DNA from: Schmidtea polychroa
Taxonomy: Eukaryota
Direction of reading: 5' to 3'
NCBI GenBank assembly: GCA_044892525.1
Contig: CM097885.1
Span: 37,078,001 to 37,142,000, forward strand
Length of the DNA stretch: 64,000 bases
Position 1 is the stretch's first letter. Every line of letters begins with the position of its first letter. Position numbers and translations under genes: made by a program. Below, piece by piece: positions 26,306-39,685 of the stretch. Under the pieces are notes generated by a model. It made no database searches and was not told where the DNA came from. It worked only from the letters and a program-made list of their open reading frames with translations.

Positions 26306-26645
26306 ATGAATAATAATAATAATAATTACATAAAAATTTTACCAGTAGAACCATATAGAGGAGAGCCTGAAAAGTTCGACGATTTTTTCACTGAGATCGC
26401 TCAGTATGCAGAAGCTTGTGGTTGGACACCTGATGAGTTAAAAATGAGAATCCCACTATATTTAAAAGGTTATGCGTTACAGGCATACAATAACTTAGAA
26501 TGTAAAGGAAATAATTTTGATCAGCTCGTAAGATATCTGAGAGCAGAAATAGTAATTGATAGCGATTTACAAAAGATAAATGTTCAAAAATTTAGAAACA
26601 GATACCAAGGTACTAGAGAATCAGTTGGTGAATATGTATATACCT
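26306..26645 (+). pseudogene. Gypsy gag N-terminal fragment
   Basis: PYRGEPEKFDDFF...CGW...IPLYLKGYALQAY...RYQGTRESVGEY follows the retrotransposon gag pattern, downstream of the PBS. Confidence 0.8.
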
Positions 26646-28349
26646 CAACAGTAGTGTTTCGTAGATACGTCTTAAAATGTCGGAGAGTTGAGAATCGGAG
26701 CCCTTGATCATTTAAATTTTTTTTGCTTTTCTTTCTTTTTTTATATTAAATTTTTATATTCTGATTTCATGTTTACTGTTTTCAAAAGTTAAACTAAAAC
26801 AAAACTGTTTTGCTGGTCTATCTAAAGGTTTTTGCAAACGGGCGACTAAATCTGAAGGTGGCTGATCATGAAAACAGTTTTGAGCAAAGAAAATGCTATG
26901 TTGTCTGGAAAGATCTTGAAAATCGTTTGAAAGAAGGAAGGACAATTGATGATAAACTTTAATTTAATTTATCTTTAATTTCTTTTATTTAGAATTCAAT
27001 GTTAAATGTTAAAGTTGATCACTTGATCTTCTCAAATATATTATAATAGTAACCTTAATAGGAACTTAATGATCAAAACTCTGAACATAGGTTTAATAAA
27101 TACGGAGTAAATAAATTTTCAATATTAATGTATATACATATGTATAATAAATATTTATAATTAATTGTTTTCGTTATAATATAAGTTTGGTTATGCATTG
27201 TATAGCTTTGCATCTTAATTTGACTGTTCAAGACCAATTCCATTCCTGTAAGTACATAATTAATGGGAGTGGTGGATTCTTTTGGCACCAGGGGCGCCAA
27301 ATTTCAATCTCGCCCTGGGTGGCAATTTCCCTAGCTACGGCTCTGTTGAGAATGTACACTCACTAGTGCGTGTGGATACGGGTAGTTGTAATGTATCATT
27401 ACTGACAGCTAGATGTCACAGTGCTACATTTACAGTAAATAAAATAAAGGAAAAGTGTATTAAGTTTTTTTCTTATTTAATTGGATGATCTTCGACAAAT
27501 ATTTGAACATGACAAATCAACTGGGGGGGGGGGGGTTTAACCCCCTAAAACCCCCTGGCTAAGCCACTGGTAACCACCTCATACAAATAAGCTAAAGAAT
27601 AATAAGTGAGCAAATTATTTAGTATCGTACTGTCAATTGATACCACAAAGGTTGTAATTCGTAATACAATCCGGTTTCACATCACCCGTTTTCCAGAGAT
27701 CCTCAATACCAACCACATCATAGCTTTGCAACTAATAATTTACTACAAAAGAGTAATAATTTTAAATATTTACATTGATTTTTTAATATCGATTTGCGAA
27801 TTGACATCCGTCGTTCTCCTTTTCAGACTAAAACTCTGCATATCATCGTCGGCCAAATATTTCAAAATAATCAGTTAAACTTGCTTAACCGTACATTATT
27901 ATTATGTTTAGAAATTTTATAAATTTGGCTTCTTTTCACAAGAAATTATATTAATGTTTATAAATCGAAAACCCTATTTAAAAAATTGCCAATCATATTG
28001 CGCTATGAAAATAGTTTTCAACCATTGTCAAAATTAAATTGCAGAAGCAGCCATCTCCCATTAAAACGAACCACAGTATAAATCCTTAATTAAACTCGAA
28101 ATAAACTATCGAAAAATTATCACAAACTGCTACCAGATAAAGTAAATAAATCTCGTATATTAATAAATCAAAAATAAGGCAATTATTTACCATCCTAATT
28201 TCAATGAATCAAAAGGCTACATCAACATTGTAAAAATGTCTTGAAAATAAATTTCGATTAATTTATGCAATCACCAAATTTTCTTTTCCTAGCTATCCAT
28301 CTGCTTGTGTCAAATCTGATAGTATGCTGAATTGTCTATTGGTTCTATT

Positions 28350-30738
28350 AGTTAGACATCTTTTTGTTTTAATAATTGGAGTTGGCGGTATTTGTAAAAA
28401 ATTAAAAATCCTTTGATTATAATATATATGGTTGGTTTCAAGATTTTTTCTGCGAAATTTAAAGATGGATTTAACTAGCGACCACGCGGAAAATCAAAAC
28501 AACAACGCCATTTTGAAATCGTAAAAATCGCTAATGGAATGCCTACCGAAATTGCACCAAGACATGCTGACACTGAACATCAGACGATATGATGGACGAG
28601 GTTTAAAAGAAGCCGAAGAATGGATCAGGGATATAGAAGAATGGCTTCTGACAAATAGACAGCGATTGACAAGCACTTTCGATGTGTTATTAGTGGCAGA
28701 AGCAAAGACATTGTGGGGAAACGTCAGAGAAACAGAAACAACAGATGTAAAAGCCAAAGCGTTTTTCTTACATACGTTCACAATTACAAAATCAATAACT
28801 GACAAAATCAGAGAATTGGCAGCTATGAAATAGGAAGATGATAAAAGGTTTGCAGGTTTTGAGATAAGGCTAAGGATAGATTTAGCTATAGTTGTAATTC
28901 AGGACGATCAGAAGAAGATATTGTTCAAGACCTCATCGCAAATAAAACACACGATGCGAGACTGCGGGAGATACTACTAACGAAACCAGAAAAAAATTGA
29001 AGAAACGAGAAAGTACCAAAAATGGAAACAATAAAACGAAATTTATTAAAGCAATCAGTCAAAGAACATACGCTAGCGTGACTGAGGGAAGGCAGATGAG
29101 AATTCAAAAGAATACCCAAGATCCCATGCCTACATCACCACAAAGAAGACTATCAGAAGAGTCATTTAGTCACCACACATCAAGAAGAGTCGAACATCCT
29201 ATATGCGGACCAATACAATACGAAGGAAATAACCATGGTCGTCGAGAACAATCTCCAAGAGAACAATTCTTGAGAAAAATCGAGAATCCCGAATAGCTCA
29301 GAAAGGAAGCTACCAACAATATCCATGAAGGATATAGCAGGGAAGCTTTACAACGAAAGTAGAGGACTACCACAAGCATCGGTCCCAAAATTAACGGTAG
29401 GTGATTGTTTTTGCTGTGGCGAAAGGGGACAAAGAAGGTATGAGTGTCCACTTGTAAATTAATGTCTGATATGTGACAAGGAAGGACACGAGTTCCGAGA
29501 TTGATTTTCGTTACGAAAAGAGGTTCCACACCGATATCAAAGAATAGCGTGCATAGAAGAAGAAGATTCAAAATTTGAAAGAAGAGATTACACCGAGAAC
29601 AGCCAGGATTTCAGAACTGCTCACATCGACATGGAAAATAGATACAATGTCCCTGAGAAATATACTATATTGAGAGAAGACGGAAAAAACATCAGCGACT
29701 CCATGGGTTTCATTTCGTCGGTGGAGTCAAGACAATAAATTGTGAATGAAGAAATGAACGACGAAGAGACGAGGCAGAAGAAGATATGTACCAGACAGAA
29801 GATGGAAGAAATTGGAGTAATTGGAGACTGATCACACAGTGCTAGAAGGAATGCTATTCAATGGAGAAGTAGTTTATCTAGATGATATCTTGGTATATGG
29901 TAAAAGTCAAAAAGACCATGATGAGCTATTAAGGGAAATATTCAGAAGAATTCAAATGGCAGGACTGAAGATAAATCTAAAAAAATGCGAATTCAATAAA
30001 ACAGAATTGTGTTTCTTTGGTCATGCGCAGTTAACGAGAAGGGTATCCAGAATAAACAGGAAGAAAGTGGAAGAGATCGATAAAGAAGAAGTACCAAAAT
30101 GTTCAAAACAATTGAGATCGTTTCTCGGATTAACGAACTACTATAGAAGATTCATCAACAACTATGCCAAAATCACCGAACCATTATACGCTACAACATC
30201 TGAATGTGATAAAGATATAAATTGGACTAAAGAATGCAATGAGAGCTTCCAAACTCTGAAGAGACGGTTGTGCGAAGCACCTATCCTTGATTTTCCAAGA
30301 GAAGATAGGACATTTATCCAAGACACAGTCGCTAATTTCGGAGCCATTGATGCAGTTTTGAGTCAAATTACAGAAGATGGAGAAGAATCTGTCATAGCTT
30401 ACGGCTCTAGACATATGTCATCACATGAAAAGGGATACTGTGTAACCAGGAAAGAACTGCTCGCCGTACATGAATACGTCATGCATTTTAGAGAATATCT
30501 GTATGGAAAAAATTCATAATTCGCACCGACCACAAACATTGGCTTTCATGAACACTACAAAAACGCCAATCAGTCCGCAGTTCCAAACATGGTTAGCTAA
30601 CCTTTCAAATATGATTTTGAACAAAAATGTCGGAAAGGCAAAGAACACTCGAATGCAGATGGACTGTCAAGATTAAAAAGTATAGTTTGCACCCAATGTC
30701 AAACAAGACATGAAGAAGCTAAAGAAGGAAAATCAAAG

Positions 30739-30777
<39 letters not shown>

Positions 30778-32119
30778 TATCCAAAGAACAGAAGCCACGG
30801 AAAAAGTATGGGAAGAACAACAACAACAAAATGACATTCGGTTTCGAGATCTACGAGAGATATTGGAAAATGGATGTACACGGGAGAAAAAGAATTGTTT
30901 TCCTTTTAACGTAAAAATTAGACGAATTGAAGGAGGATTAATAACAGTAGAAAAGAACAAAAATATCTTAATGTTAATCCCAGAAACATTGGCAGGCCTG
31001 TTAACCTTACATGAAGAACTAAGTCACATTGGAGTTAAGAAATTATTTCATTATATGGAAAAGATATTTTATTGGCCGAAAATGTAAGAAACAATCCAAC
31101 TCTGTTTACGATGTTGAGATATCTGCGCTATGAGAAAGATCGATCAGACAAGAACCAAGGAAACATTTATTCCTAGATATAGCTTTGAATTCCTAGAACA
31201 GATTGTTATAGATGTGGCTTACATGAAAATAAACGTCATAAAAAATATATAGTAGTAATGGTGGACCGTTTTAGCAAACTGATTTCTTTAACTGTAATCA
31301 CAAAGCAAAACGAAGGGACAATTTTCAAAACGATACTAAATAGTTGGATCTATCGATTTGGAAAACTGAAAAGTATTTTAACAGATATAGGCCAAAATTT
31401 CTAAGGAAATTTCCTAAGACAAAAACTACAGAAACATGGAATCAAACAGGAATTCAGCTCACTTTTCCAGCACCAATAAAATGGTTTAGCCGAACGAGCC
31501 ATACGAACGATAAGAGATCTTATTACAGCAACATTGGCAGGTGTATGTGAAGAGAGAAACTGGCACGAACTTCTACACAGAATAGAGTTCACTATAAATA
31601 GCAGTCGACAAAGTGCTACAAGTTTATCACCATTTGAGATAATTTATGGACGGAGTGTTAACCTACACTCTAACCTGAAACAAGCCGAGATATCAAGAAG
31701 CGAAAGAATCGAAGACGCGAGATTTAACTCGAGTAAAGCCGCAGACACTATGAGAGCAATGGATAAGACAAAGAGGGGCGATCGTGTTTTCGAAGTGGGG
31801 GAGGAGGTACTCGTATGTGAAGAGCCGCAGAACAGACACAAGGATGGTATGCAATACGATGGCCCATATAAAATCGTCAGATTTCTATCACCTCATCGAG
31901 TCGAACTACATTCACAAGAAGGAACGAAAGAAAGAAGAATCGAGTGGCTGAAGAAGTGGAAAAATGAAAAAGGGGAAAGTTAGATATCTTTTTGTTTCAA
32001 TTATTTGAGTTGGCGGTATTTGTGAAAAATTAAAAACTGGTTATTTATAAATCCTTTGATTAAATATATATATTGTTGGTTTCAAATTTTTGCTGAGAAA
32101 TTTAAAGATGGATTTAACT
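28350..32119 (+). mobile_element. Gypsy/Ty3 LTR retrotransposon, decayed and internally deleted, with short AGTTA...TAACT LTRs (28350-28476, 31978-32119)
   Basis: Direct repeats; PBS-like TAGCGACCAC; PPT AAAAAGGGGAA; gag (YDGRGLKEAEEW), RT YLDD, RNase H (KELLAV), integrase (ERAIRTI, SPFEIIYG, GPYKI); protease and RT N-terminus absent. Confidence 0.9.
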
Positions 32120-32145
32120 AGTTCTATTGTCTATTTATTCTAATT

Positions 32146-33197
32146 GTTGGATGATGAAGGTAGGCACATCACCACATTCAATCTCAACAAGTATTATAGG
32201 ACAGGGCCCAAAAAATATAGAGTTAATGTGTACGCCGAAGAGCGTAGATAGATAGACAGTTCAATGTTCCAACAAGCAACCCAATTACAGGCAAACCAAT
32301 TCAATCCAAAGACAATCCAACGGTCCGAAAATTGACTAAACATTATCGTCGAACAATCTATGCATATTTTATCTTTTATTCCAATAGACAATTTGTGTAA
32401 ATATTATTGACTAAACAATCTGTGCATATTTTATCTTTTATTATTATTTTCTGAATATTTATGTAGAATGCTGTATGATTAATATTTTATCGGGTGTATG
32501 TATTTAATAGATTTTATTAGTTAACCTTTTAATTAAAATATACAAGGGAAAAATATTTTAATAATTTTAATTTCATATTTCAAATTAATAGCAATAAATT
32601 TTAAATTTCAATTTCTGGAAAATATTGAATTTTAATTTCTAAATTTTAGAACAGCTGGAAAATTTTAATAATATTGGTAAAAAAACAATTGAAATAATAC
32701 TTGAAATGAAATAATTAATTTTTGGAATAAAAATAAAACTCAAAAATAATAATTAATTAAATTTTAAGCATGCAAATAAAATATTAAATTAATAAAAGCT
32801 GTTTTTTGGAATGAAAATAAAACTCAAAAATAATAATTAATTAAATTTTAAGTATGCAAATAAAATATTAAATTAATAACAGCTGCCCTAAAAAATTGTA
32901 TAAATAGCGACAAAAAATTAGTTTTAGTCGCCCAAAAATTTTTGCGAAAAACTCTTATTCAAAGGTTAATCCTTAGAATAGCTCAATACCCGAATCAGCA
33001 CAAAAAGATTCACATCTTAACTAAACATACTAAGGTACAGCACGCACTACACAACATATAACAATACACAAATATCTTTACAAGCATTTCAGAAAAAGAA
33101 TTTAAGAAATAATTGTCAACCTTTTTAGAATTGAAATTGCGTATATTGGGTAATTTTGATTATAATAAATCTCTATATACATATTTGTTTTGTTTTG

Positions 33198-33200
<3 letters not shown>
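32146..33200 (+). mobile_element. LTR fragment related to 25040-26068, containing an 84-bp tandem duplication (32719-32885)
   Basis: Two alignable blocks (32146-32250 vs 25117-25220; 32925-33197 vs 25746-26018). Confidence 0.65.

Positions 33201-33201
<1 letters not shown>

Positions 33202-33274
<73 letters not shown>
33202..33274. repeat. (TA)n microsatellite
   Basis: Direct reading. Confidence 0.95.
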
Positions 33275-33277
<3 letters not shown>

Positions 33278-34097
33278 ATTGTTTAAACTGCTTATTCAAC
33301 GATTATTCGATTTAGTTGTTGAAACTGTTTTTACATTAATTCGTAACCTTATTTGTTTTCCTTATTTTGACTAGCTTTCTTGCAATTTCAACATTTTCTG
33401 ATTACTTCCCATTATAGTAACCTTGAGTAATTAGCGGTGCAGACAGTCGTGTAGCGAGCATAACTGGCGCCTGGGGCACGATATCGTTTTGGCAACCCCG
33501 AAAAACATACAATAATATAATATATAGAATATATAGAATATACTCACAATAAGAATATAATAAAAATAATAAAATAATGCAGTAACTACCTTAAAATACT
33601 CTAGAATAGTCACTACCAAACTACGCTTCTATAAAAAACTATAGTTTTTCGGGATAAATTGGGACACGGCCTCAGGTTAGGCTTTAAATTTTACTGAATT
33701 TAATACTAGATTCGTTTTGAATTATGCGGAATCCAGAAATAGTCAATTCGATATTATTTGAAAAATCTTTGAACCCTAAAACGTCCGGAATTACAATTAG
33801 TGTTTCGGTTGCACTTTTTATACTTTTCGTTAAAAAAAATAAAAAAATTTTTTTGTATAAATTTATGTATGCAATTAGAGGCTCTATAATAAACAATAAT
33901 ATTTTAATATTTTATAACCTATTTATTACTTTAACTATTAATAAATTTCTAAATTCAAATGTATAATTAATATAATGTGATACTTAGACTATTTTATTTT
34001 AACTTTCCTTATACCAATAAAATTGTATATTAAAAATTTATTTATTAAATAAAATTTTAACTTTAACTGTTTATTTGTTTATTTTAATCATTATATA

Positions 34098-34112
34098 GTT
34101 TCTAATAACAAC
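34098..34112 (+). promoter_or_regulatory. Candidate RFX X-box upstream of DNAJB13
   Basis: GTTTCT-AAT-AACAAC fits RYYNYY-N1-3-RRNRAC, about 70 bp before the ATG of a motile-cilia gene. Confidence 0.45.
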
Positions 34113-34181
34113 GAAATTAGAAAATAAATTGAATATTTTGAATTAATATTGTGCATTAATAAGTAAAGAAATATAGTGAAA

Positions 34182-34249
34182 ATGGGTCAAGATTATTATT
34201 CAATTCTCTGCATTCAAAGAAATGCAAAAGATGCCGACATTAAGAAAGC
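34182..34249 (+). CDS. DNAJB13: DnaJ homolog subfamily B member 13, exon 1
   Basis: MGQDYYSILCIQRNAKDADIKKA; GT donor at 34250, 55-nt intron. Confidence 0.93.
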
Positions 34250-34304
34250 GTATAACTTAAAGATTTTTGAGATTTTGTCCCTAATATTTTTTATTATTAT
34301 TCAG

Positions 34305-34573
34305 ATATCGAATGTTTGCATTGAAACTCCATCCATTGAAAAATAATTCTGATCCGTCAGCATTTGAAAAATTTTCATTAATTTCAGAAGCCTATGAAGT
34401 TCTTTCTGATCCAAGTAAACGAGCAGTTTATGATCAATTTGGCGAAGAAGGATTGAAAAATGGTATACCTCATGGCAGCATTGAAGCTGGTGCCTGGACT
34501 AAAGGGTACACATATCACGGAAATCCAGATAAAACATTTATTAACTTCTTTGGAGCAGATAATCCTTTCCAAG
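34305..34573 (+). CDS. DNAJB13: DNAJB13 exon 2 (J domain with HPL; G/F region)
   Basis: [12 protein letters not shown]...AYEVLSDP...[10 protein letters not shown]...GYTYHGNP...FFGADNPF. Confidence 0.95.
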
Positions 34574-36513
34574 GTGAAAATACTGCTAATTAATTAATAT
34601 GTAAAACAGTTATTATAAATGTTTATTTTGAACTATTATTAATTTCTAATATCATTGAATTGGATAAATTTTTGAACCAATATATTAATAATATAAATCA
34701 ATTTTCAATTTTACGTTAAATAAAAAATTTACCAGCTATAACCCGTCAAAAGGATAATCTTTTATCATATTTAAATTCCAGCTTTAGATAATTAGTTATT
34801 TTTATGTACTAGTCGCGTATAAATCAAAACCCATAATTCTCTTCTAAAAAGTTATAAGTTTAGTGGAAACTTTTATATAAAAAAATCAATAACTAATGAT
34901 TAATTAATATTCATTATAAAGCTTTAAATAGTATTACAGCCATACATTGTTTCATAGAAATTTATGTAATTAGATTATTAACTCATTTATTATCAAATTT
35001 TATAATGCTAAGATTTGTTCATAATTACAAGGAAAAGGTCTTTAAAAATCCACAAGTATGCAAAGAAAAATTTAAAAAGATTTCCAATCTAAATTCACAA
35101 TTATGAACCTGGCAGATAATGGTCCAATTGACAAAAATGAAAATGCTATTAATAACAAAATTACAGATATACGGATATACAGCTTACGTTTATTTAGAAT
35201 AATTTATATATTTGTTGATATTAATACTTAATAATGTTTTCTCTTAATTAATTATTGTTTCAAAAATTTAGTATGATAATCTTTAAGAAATTTATTATGG
35301 AGTCAGTGGAGTATGCAGAAACCTTTCTTAGGAGTTTGCTAATAAAATCACTAAATCGACCGTTTTTTCTTCTAAACATATTATCTAATTGAGGGAATAT
35401 ATTCAGCCCACCGGCAAAGAAATTATACAATAGTAATAATACAAATTAAAAATAAAGACTAAACAAAAACTAAAATCATAAACAGATTTTTGAAATTTTA
35501 CATCTTTCATAGTATAAAATAGTTCTGACAAAATAGAGTGATGAACTTAGAGATTCATTTGACATTGGTTTGGCGTCATCGGATAATAAAAAGTGCCCTA
35601 TTTGCCTACAAACTTTTGATTGGTCCATTTTATTTCCAAATTGAGGTATACACGAATATCCATGCATCAATGATGTAAATATCACGAACATTTTTATTAA
35701 CAAATACTATTTCCTCATATATTTTTATTTTTTAATTTGATATGCTATTGACTATTAAAACGACCCTGCCATCACCCAAGCTTTACACTTAAAGCGGCGT
35801 GGCATTCATCAAATGAATTATTACATTCCGTCAAAATATTTCAATTTATTTAGAATTGTAATTTTCTTTGGGGATAAGGTTTTATTCTTAAAATCATAAA
35901 TTGTTGACATCGGATAGCCACTAAAAAATTCTTAGTGTGCTTTTATCCCACACAGATTCCATTAATAGGAATATTTGAGTTACTTTCAAACTTCGACACT
36001 TTAAAAGCGAAAACACATCCATTGGTCCAATGGTTAGTTTCATCGATGGTTTCTAAGCGATGACTACCAGAATGGATTTAGATCCACAAAGTCTTCGCAT
36101 GATCACATCCGTCATGGAAAAGCTATGTCATTATGCAACATAAATATAATAAATGATAAAGAGAAAAAGTTGACCCATAAGATATTTAATCAACATAACT
36201 AAAATGTCGAAAACTTTTATAAATATGTAAATATTTCCTAAGTGAACGTCGTCCCAATAAGTTTAAGAGTGCGCCAGGCTAATAAATCTATAAGATATCT
36301 ACGTTCCCTTTTTTACTCTACTTAATGAACATATCATAAACAAACCAAAAATATAAAAAATGCACATCGAGAAACGAGACAAATAGCTGAGTTTCTTAAG
36401 GTGGGATTAAAGTCCTTGATATACATAATACATAAAATAATATCGATTGACTAACACTTAATAAAGAATATTCTAAAAATTTGTGGTCAGATTTAACATA
36501 CCTCATTGATCAA

Positions 36514-39500
36514 TAGGGTGGGTCGAAAAATTTTTTTTTCTCCAAACATGCCTAAAAAGTTGTGCTTATGCTAGAAAATGAAATATCCCTGCAAAAGACT
36601 GCTGTTTAAAAGGGTTTACAGGTCCCAACTTTTGTTTGTATGTATTAGTACTATCCCAGTAAAAATGCTCGCACACGTGCCATTGTAAATTCATCCTGCA
36701 AGCAGTCACACGCTTGCAGAAAGACCATTTTTGACATGCTCTATTCACAAGTCCAAGCTAACGCGTGCATGTATAGAGAGGTTAATTCACGGAAGCACCT
36801 TCACACAAGCACTCACAAAGACAATTTCTTCTGAACAATACTAACACACACACTACAGTCAACACATAATCCACATGGATACTACTAGTCAGTCTAAACT
36901 CAGATAATTTAATTTGTTTCGATTGGATGTCAAGTGTTTGCTGGACCTAATTTAAAAAGTTAACTTGATGATTCACTTTTATTTTGCCAGAGCTGAGTAC
37001 AGAAGAGCAGTTATGAAGGGACAGAGAAATAAGCAATTTCGCAAAACAAGAAGTAAATCACGTCATTGTCTGTTTGGTCAAACTTGTGAACTACCCAGAA
37101 ACCAATTACCTACTTGTGAAGATGTGTTTCGTGATTACTGTTACAATGAGAAATGTACGCAATTTCATACTGGCTTTAACGAACAAGCAACTCTTCTCGC
37201 AAATAAGGTGAAGGAAATTTATATGAAGGCAAGTATCCCAACTGTTGAGTTCAGTAGTATTGTGGTTCGTGTCAAGCGACTAATATCAAAAGTGCGTGAA
37301 TTAGAGAAGTATCCAGAATGCAAGAGGTCATCTGCCAAATTTCAAGATAAGTTAAGCTCGTTTTCCAAATTGTTTGACATATGTTGCTGCAAATGTTTTA
37401 ATGATGGTGCTCGTGGAAGAAGTCAGTGTACATGCCGATTGGCCTTGAAAATTCCTACCTTAGAGTGGGAGTTCTGGATTGACCAACAAACTACCAGAAA
37501 CATGAAAATCGGAAATACGGACAGACAGGAAACCTCAAAATTGAAGAGAAAACAAACGAAAAGCAGCCCTACAGGAAAAGGAAAACAAATGAAAAATGAA
37601 ATAATGGACACTGAAGTTAACGATCTACATCCGACCTCAAGAAGTGACACGGAGAGTGAAGCCGCTAGTGATGAAAGTAAAGATAAGTTAGACAATTCAA
37701 CAGAAAGCTCAGAGTCAAGCGTAGAAGAATGTGATGAATTTCAAAATAGAAGACATTATCCTGAATTAAGTAAAGCTGTTGACAGATGTGGTGTGAGCAA
37801 CAGAGACACGTGTTTGCTAGTAAACGCTTTTCTGAAAGATATGGAACTGTTATCCTCTCAAACAATCATCGATCCCGCAAAATTACGGCGTCAGAGAAAG
37901 TACTGGAGGGAGAGAGAAATTGAACAGCATTCAGCAGAAGCGAAAAACTTGATTTGCCTCGGTTTCGACGGGAAACAAGATTCCACCTTACTTCATAGAA
38001 GGATCCTAAAAGAGGAGCATTATGTGATTGTCGCCTTTCCAGGGGATACATATATCGATCATGTTGTACCTCAAAGTAGTAAAGCTGTGGATATTGGCAA
38101 AGAAATCATGTCAATCATCGTTAGCACGCAGTCCTCACTGACCCTTCAAGCAATTGTGTGCGATGGAACCAATACAAACACCGGAAAAAATAATGGAATA
38201 ATCAGAAGACTCGAAAAAAGCCTAGGGCGACCTCTACAATGGCTGATATGCTTGTTGCATGCAAATGAATTGCCATTCAGGAAGTATTTTTCAGTCGTCG
38301 ATGGTGGAGAAACAAAAGGTCCAAAAACGTCATGTGGTGAAATAGGAAGCGTTCTTGATTTTGATCCAAAAGACAAGCCCGTAGTAGCCTTTATGTCCCT
38401 TCCTGGAAAGGTCGTAGATATTAGTGAAAATGTCAAGAAAGAATTGAACACTGATCAATTGTATTTCCTCAGAGTATGCTTGGCAGTCCAGAAAGGGTAC
38501 CACAACAACAAGGATGTCCCTTTTCTACAAATGGCACAACCAGGAAATTTGAATCACAGTCGCTGGCTAACGAAAGCTAATAGAATTCTGCGACTATATA
38601 TGTCCGAAACTGCTCCATCTGAACCTCTCATGCGAATAGTGAAATTTATTGTCAATTTCTATGGACCGTCATGGTTTTATATAAAGACTCACTCGTCATG
38701 CCAAGATGGTGCAAGAAATATTTTTTATATGCTCCAACTTCTGCAGGATTTGGATCCATCAGACCAAGAAATCATCTTTCCTGTCATTCAGAACAACAAT
38801 TACTTCTCACATCCAGAAAATATACTCCTAGCTGCTGTTGGTGATGATGATGAAGAAATCAGAAAGTTTGCAACAGAAAAAATCATAACTGCAAGACAAA
38901 ATTTTCTCCCTTCCGAAGTGATTCGCACTATGGACAAGAATACTGTCTTTCTTCAGTCGTCTGCTACATCATATGTTGACATGATTGACTGGACAAAATG
39001 TAATTTGACGCCTCCCCCTCTTTTATCTCATATATTGGATCATGAATTGAAGATGAATAAGAAAATTACATTAGAACAATTTCCCTGTCATTCTCAAGCC
39101 GTTGAAAGAGCCATCAAAGATGTTTCTTCTGCCAGTTGCAAAGTGTTTGGTCACAAGTCCAGACATGGTATGGTACTACTGTGTAAAAAATCAAGGAAGG
39201 AATTGCCCAAGGTGCAAAGCAAAGCTGATTTCATGTGACTTCTTTTTATGCCCTCGCTAATACATTTCTAAACTTTTGGCTGGATGTTTTTAATAAAAAA
39301 TAATTTCGAAAGTTGATTTTTGTCTTTGAAAAGGATAATTCAAATTTGGCCCTTCCTAATCACTGACGTTGTCAGGATATATTTCAATGCGGGATGAGGA
39401 CACAGAATATACTATCTCAGCCCAAGAGAGTAAATAATATACTTATAAGCTCTTAAGAAAGCTACATCTAAATATGGACAAAGGCGCAAAACACATTCCG

Positions 39501-39685
39501 ACACTAGCCAAATTACATTGTTTTCACACTTATGTTGAACTGCATTTTCGGAGAAAAGTTGGGAGCAGTAAATGTCCATAAATCTAAGTAAAATGGTTTG
39601 ATTCGATTTTTCTATACCAAAATACAACTTTTTAACCATGTTTCCTTTCTTGAACTCAAAATTTATTAACATTCGACCCACCCTA
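36514..39685 (+). mobile_element. Full-length divergent hAT (hATm-like) DNA transposon in DNAJB13 intron 2
   Basis: Perfect 14-bp TIRs TAGGGTGGGTCGAA / TTCGACCCACCCTA; perfect 8-bp TSD TTGATCAA (36506-36513, 39686-39693). Confidence 0.9.
37013..39238 (+). CDS. Intact hAT-superfamily DDE transposase (first ATG at 37013; an upstream exon is possible)
   Basis: Uninterrupted ORF; FDGK (D), CDGT (D), CLLH (CxxH), SRWL, HSQAVER (E); acceptor-like TTTTGCCAG at ~36990. Confidence 0.85.
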   Translation: MKGQRNKQFRKTRSKSRHCLFGQTCELPRNQLPTCEDVFRDYCYNEKCTQFHTGFNEQATLLANKVKEIYMKASIPTVEFSSIVVRVKRLISKVRELEKYPECKRSSAKFQDKLSSFSKLFDICCCKCFNDGARGRSQCTCRLALKIPTLEWEFWIDQQTTRNMKIGNTDRQETSKLKRKQTKSSPTGKGKQMKNEIMDTEVNDLHPTSRSDTESEAASDESKDKLDNSTESSESSVEECDEFQNRRHYPELSKAVDRCGVSNRDTCLLVNAFLKDMELLSSQTIIDPAKLRRQRKYWREREIEQHSAEAKNLICLGFDGKQDSTLLHRRILKEEHYVIVAFPGDTYIDHVVPQSSKAVDIGKEIMSIIVSTQSSLTLQAIVCDGTNTNTGKNNGIIRRLEKSLGRPLQWLICLLHANELPFRKYFSVVDGGETKGPKTSCGEIGSVLDFDPKDKPVVAFMSLPGKVVDISENVKKELNTDQLYFLRVCLAVQKGYHNNKDVPFLQMAQPGNLNHSRWLTKANRILRLYMSETAPSEPLMRIVKFIVNFYGPSWFYIKTHSSCQDGARNIFYMLQLLQDLDPSDQEIIFPVIQNNNYFSHPENILLAAVGDDDEEIRKFATEKIITARQNFLPSEVIRTMDKNTVFLQSSATSYVDMIDWTKCNLTPPPLLSHILDHELKMNKKITLEQFPCHSQAVERAIKDVSSASCKVFGHKSRHGMVLLCKKSRKELPKVQSKADFM

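Larger units (their letters stand above)
24600..27569. mobile_element. Non-autonomous hAT element enclosing Gypsy LTR/gag and other fragments
   Basis: TIRs CAGTGGCGTACCCAGG / CCTGGCTAAGCCACTG; 8-bp TSD ATAACCAC / GTAACCAC (7/8 match). Confidence 0.75.

Noticed and set aside
25040..33200. The two related LTR segments as the 5' and 3' LTRs of one element
   Set aside because: Too diverged, and the first lies inside a hAT unit with its own TSD
37423..38451. Minus-strand ORFs overlapping the transposase (likewise those antisense to PolB, Gypsy pol and pogo)
   Set aside because: Shadow ORFs of real coding frames
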